A stretch of 64,000 nt of DNA from Amoebidium appalachense (Eukaryota; Protista; Ichthyosporea). The DNA is taken from positions 4,225,106 to 4,289,105 of the forward strand of contig CAVNZM010000003.1 in the NCBI GenBank assembly GCA_963693365.1, given 5' to 3'. Below are positions 48,166 through 64,000 of this stretch, one piece after another. The position numbers were made by a program, and so were the translations under genes. Under the pieces are notes generated by a model that ran no database searches, was not told where the DNA came from, and worked only from the letters and a program-made list of their open reading frames with translations. Each line of letters opens with the position of its first letter. Within the stretch, counting starts at the first letter, position 1.

Positions 48166-48505
48166 ATAGAGGTTTTATTTGTGGAAATTATTGACATAAA
48201 TATTTTTCTGGGTAAACACGTAGGATGGGTGTCCGATATCAACAGGCTTCGTTTCATGTTTTAGCAGTTCGCGTTCGGCTGCCCGCATACGGGCACCTAT
48301 TAGCCGATCAAAACATCAGATTCCACAGATCACTAGACCGAGTTTGATTGGCTCAGGATAAGATTTCACATAACACTAGATCGGTTTTGATTGGCTCAGT
48401 TCGGCAGCCTTAGGTATATAAGCACGACAGTCTTTAGCAGATCAGCAAGCAACAACACATCCTCTGTGTTTAGCACCTACAGCTTTACAGCTATATTTTC
48501 TTTTT
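48166..48505 (+). repeat. Split direct repeat A1 of the Ngaro-like element
   Basis: Identical by eye to 51601-51940. Contains two GATTGGCTCAG (inverted CCAAT) boxes and TATATAA, so it is probably the promoter. Confidence 0.9.
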
Positions 48506-48542
48506 TCTTTTCTTCTCCCTATCTTTCCCTACGCCGGTCAGC

Positions 48543-49702
48543 ATGCCGCCGAAAAAGCGCCAGGCCTCAGCCGCCGCCCCTACCGCGGCACCTAAGCGCC
48601 TGACCCGCAGCGACCTCCGCCACAGGCTGACCAACGCTCCCGCGGGCACTGACGCGCCTCCAGCGGCCCATACCACCACGGACCCTCCGGCTACTCTCCC
48701 CTCTACTCCTGAAGTCCCTCCTCAGGCCCCACCGTCCCCGCCGATGACTTCTCAGGACGCCGTCCTTGCCGCCCTCACCGCCCTCAGCACCCAGATGGCT
48801 GGCGTCCTGGCCGCTCTCACCAACCGCGACCCTCCCGCGCCCCCCGCCGCGCCCTCCGCACCCGGGGAGGTTTCCCTGGGGCTGCATCTCGGCCCTGACC
48901 TGGATCTACCTGCCCTGCCCGTGCCCCCCATTACAGGTGAGAACACTGGCGACATTCAGCCGGGCACACTCCCGCTTCCCCCCGCGGATGTGCTGGCAGA
49001 TTTGCGCGCCAATCGTTTCATCGATCTGTATAAGTTCACCCCCGCCGCCCTCCTGGCCCCATCCAAGAAAGGTCAGCATCTGCGCATGGCCGACGACGGC
49101 AGCATCGAGACTTTTCGCCAAGACAAACCCGTTCCCTTGCGTTCACTCGTCATTTGGATCCAAGCTTGGACCCATTACATGGCCGCCAAGCACCACCTCG
49201 GCCTCCCCACGGACAAAGAAGTACTTTGGACTCAGCACATCACTCGCCTCAGCACCCGATACCCGTGGGCCCAGATCCACAACTATGACGTATACGCCCG
49301 AACCGTTGCCCACCAACAGGGTCGGGCTCCGATCGAGCCTCTGTCCCAACCTGCTCGCCCAACTCCACCAGGATCTCCTCCTGCCACCCACTCTGCTCAT
49401 CCCGGACGCATGTCAGCGTTGCGGCTTCCCCGACCACCCCAGCGCGGCCTGCCCCATGTACCCCAAGCCCGGCTGTGGTCTTGATGGTTTCGAGCCCCCC
49501 CACAAGCCCGGCGGGGGACAAACCCCCAACCGACCCGACCCGCAACCCGGCCCGGCACCACCGGCCCGTGGATCTACCCGCAACACACTGCAGGAATTTC
49601 CACAACGGTCGGTCCTGCGCTAAGCAGCCCTGCCCCTTCTCCCACGTGTGCCCGCTCTGCTCTGGCACACACCCCCGCAAAGACTGCAAGCACAATGCCT
49701 AG
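48543..49702 (+). CDS. Gag-like ORF1 of the Ngaro-like element (split over three frames)
   Basis: ORF 48543-49484 contains WIQAWTHY...PWAQIHNYDVYART. A CCHC knuckle (CQRCGFPDHPSAAC) lies in a second frame and the C-terminal CRNFHNGRSCAKQPCPFSHVCPLCSGTHPRKDC in a third, as is typical of Ngaro ORF1. The frameshifts may be decay or assembly indels. Confidence 0.75.
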
Positions 49703-50080
49703 TCTACGCGCACACCCACACCCACAGATAGAACATAGGGGCTAGGAGCTAGGTTACACGGGTCCAAGGACACGGAGCTCGGGAAAAAACGGGGCACTAG
49801 GGCTGAGTAACATTTTTCGCAGGCCAACTACGGCGCCCGCGCGCGCCAAGAATAAATGTCCCTACACAAAGACGTTATTCTGGCCACTGCACATAAATTT
49901 ACTCCCCCCCCCATCCCACGAGCCCCCCCCCCCCTTACACTCACCTAGCGCTCCCTCCCTTCTTCTAACTCTGTGTACGCCCACACCCGCGCGTGCTCGG
50001 GCATCCCCTGCACAGGGCCCCGCTGCCCTCCCTGCAAACCCTCCCTCGGGCCCAGCTGCCCTACTCTAACCCCCGGGGCC

Positions 50081-50131
<51 letters not shown>

Positions 50132-50455
50132 ATGCCGGGATCTCCCCGAGGGTGCCCCACCCTTGCTAACCACCCCTTCCCCCGAGGCTCAGCCCCGGTG
50201 GCCCGCCCGCTGCCCCAGCACCACGTTGACACCTCCCGCCTCCGGGAGCTGCTGGCCCCCCTACCCAGCCCAATCATTCGCCGCGCAGCTCCTCCGTAAC
50301 CAACTTCCCCGGACCCGACGACTCCGACCTTACCTGCAACCGGAGCCCTGCCCCTTCCCCTTCTGGGTCCACAAGTTCCTATCCCTTCCCCTGGGCTCAC
50401 CCCCCCCCCCCCCCCCCCCCCCCCAGATCTCCCCTTCCGGAGCAACGCTGGCCGA

Positions 50456-51488
50456 TTGGCCCCCCACTTTGCTCCGGCCGAGCTGCTTCGTGCCACCACT
50501 ACCCTGCAGGAATGCCAGGCCCTGAGTCTCAACCTCGACTCTCGGGCCTTTTACTCCAGGGTACAAAAAGTGTTCATCGATTTTTGTGTGGCATCTCGGC
50601 TGCAATCCTCCGCCGGGTCCTCCCTCCCGGCCTCCCCCCACACCGTGCAGCTTTTTCTCGCCTGGTGTGCCCAACGAGGGGTACAGGCCTCTTCCTTGGC
50701 CGGCTACAATTCAGCCATCACCAGACTCCACCTCGACATGGGCCTCCCTGCTCCCTACCCCCACGACAAGTCTCTGGCCTGGTTCTTCCGAGGGGTGGGC
50801 AGATGGCAGCTTTCTCACAACATCCGACCCCGATCATCCACCAGGGAGCCCCTCCTGCCCTCCCACCTTAGCCTACTCCATGGCCAGTGCCCCACCAAGG
50901 CCTCCTCGGCCAATCTCCGGCTATGGACGGCCCTCATCGTCGGTTTCTGTGGTCGCCTCCGTTCGGGGGAATTTACCTCCAAAACCCTGACTTCCTTTGA
51001 CCCGTCCCGTCACGTTAAACGGAAAGACGTGACCTTCACCTACACCCCCACCGGTACTTTGTCCCATGCCACCCTCCACCTGCCAACCTCTAAGACGGAT
51101 GTACAGGCCCGAGGTGTCAACGTCACTCTAGCTGCCCTGCCCCTCACCCACTTCTCCCCAGCCCATCTCCTCCGGCAGTTCCTGGATACAACGTCCGGTC
51201 AACCCCACGACCCCCTCTTCAGTCTCGGTGGCATCCCCTACACCAAGAGTGCTTTCTCTGCCGACTTCCGTGCCCTCCTCTCCCAGGCAGGCCTCTCACC
51301 CTCCCGGTTTGCCGGACACAGCCTCCGCATCGGGGGGGGCCACAGCACTGGCTGAGGCCGGGGTCGACGACTCCCGGATCAAACAATTCGGCAGGTGGTC
51401 CTCCGACTGTTTCCTGCTCTATACCCGACTTCGTCCGGCCTCCATTGCTGCCACTACCACACGTGTATTCGCCTCTATTCTTAAGTGA
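50456..51488 (+). CDS. Tyrosine recombinase (DIRS/Ngaro type)
   Basis: Catalytic motifs GRLRSGE (R), SKTD (K) and GHSLRIGG (HxxR). After one frameshift in the G-run at ~51332-51338 it continues GATALAEAG...GRWSSDCFLLYTR (W, Y). Confidence 0.9.
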
Positions 51489-51516
51489 AACCTTTGGAGC
51501 AAGCATACTGCTCTCG

Positions 51517-52162
51517 TGCCGTGGTTTACAACCATTGCAGGTTCACTTTCGTCCAAGGGGATGTCCCCCTAGAGGCAACACACGTCCCGGAGTAGTTTTC
51601 ATAGAGGTTTTATTTGTGGAAATTATTGACATAAATATTTTTCTGGGTAAACACGTAGGATGGGTGTCCGATATCAACAGGCTTCGTTTCATGTTTTAGC
51701 AGTTCGCGTTCGGCTGCCCGCATACGGGCACCTATTAGCCGATCAAAACATCAGATTCCACAGATCACTAGACCGAGTTTGATTGGCTCAGGATAAGATT
51801 TCACATAACACTAGATCGGTTTTGATTGGCTCAGTTCGGCAGCCTTAGGTATATAAGCACGACAGTCTTTAGCAGATCAGCAAGCAACAACACATCCTCT
51901 GTGTTTAGCACCTACAGCTTTACAGCTATATTTTCTTTTTCACCCACCCACCTACACCCTACACTCAACCCCCATTGATCCCCACATACGTGCTGTTTTT
52001 TCACGGGGCGAAGACTTCCCCCGTTTTTTGGGCACAAGGACCTCACGGATCAATAAATTGATGACTGGGGGCTTGCCGTGGTTTACAACCATTGCAGGTT
52101 CACTTTCGTCCAAGGGGATGTCCCCCTAGAGGCAACACACGTCCCGGAGTAGTTTTCATAGA
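51517..52162 (+). repeat. Split direct repeats B1 (51517-51605), A2 (51601-51940) and B2 (52074-52162)
   Basis: Direct sequence identity. An AATAAA lies in the A2-B2 spacer (~52052). Confidence 0.9.
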
Positions 52163-52226
52163 CCACCAGAAATTTAGACAGAGTATAATGCACAACGAAA
52201 TGGGCCTATTTTTCTCTGTTTACCGA

Positions 52227-63697
<11,471 letters not shown>

Positions 63698-64000
63698 TTA
63701 GCACCCACAGGCAGGGAGTTCGAAGGTAAGGGGTGCATGTACGATGAGCTGATTGACATTTGTTATCTGTTTATTACACTAATGGCTTTTATCACCATCA
63801 GGGCCACGAACACATGAATAACCACAGGCATCCAATAATTTTTAAACCACAGGCATCCAATAATTTTTAAACCACGGGGGCTTTACATCTTAGCAATAAT
63901 CAGAGTTGAACTCGATTGGAGGTAGTAGAAAGGTTTGACTGTGTTAAACGGAGGCTGTCGAAGGATAACACTGTGAAACTGGGACAGCACTTACTCGAAA

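Larger units (their letters stand above)
48166..52162 (+). mobile_element. Ngaro/PAT-type (DIRS order) tyrosine-recombinase retroelement with split direct repeats A1-B1-A2-B2, lacking RT/RNase H
   Basis: A1 48166-48505 = A2 51601-51940 (340 bp). B1 51517-51605 = B2 52074-52162 (89 bp). A gag-like ORF and a tyrosine recombinase ORF lie inside. There is no TSD, but an ATAGA core is shared at all three junctions. Confidence 0.9.

Noticed and set aside
51325-51345. Programmed frameshift in the tyrosine recombinase
   Set aside because: The shift lies in a G homopolymer, so a sequencing indel or simple slippage mutation is more likely.

Overview
Eukaryotic genomic DNA with many introns packed with poly(C)/poly(G), (CA)n/(GT)n and (GA)n tracts. 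Almost all ORFs in the supplied track are artefacts of these repeats. I reconstructed four spliced genes by hand: a PAP2-family phosphatase (+, 5' part outside the window), a cytochrome P450 (-), CNOT4/NOT4 (+, complete), and a large secreted-type VWD/EGF/SdrD-B mosaic protein (-). Between NOT4 and the VWD gene lies a transposon island with a decayed Copia, a truncated Gypsy and a young Ngaro/DIRS-type tyrosine-recombinase element. That element has split direct repeats but no RT/RNase H. The most unusual signal is a dispersed non-coding element family with more than 10 copies. Its copies sit in poly(C) tracts, end in C-runs instead of poly(A), are variably 5'-truncated and lie in the sense orientation of their host genes. 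The longer copies carry a ~160-nt covarying, pseudoknotted RNA fold. Also notable are repeated decaying duplicates of exon/intron junctions and (CA)n-CAG 3' splice sites. The organism cannot be named from sequence alone; the gene content is compatible with a holozoan-like eukaryote (inference). All alignments and folds were done by eye.
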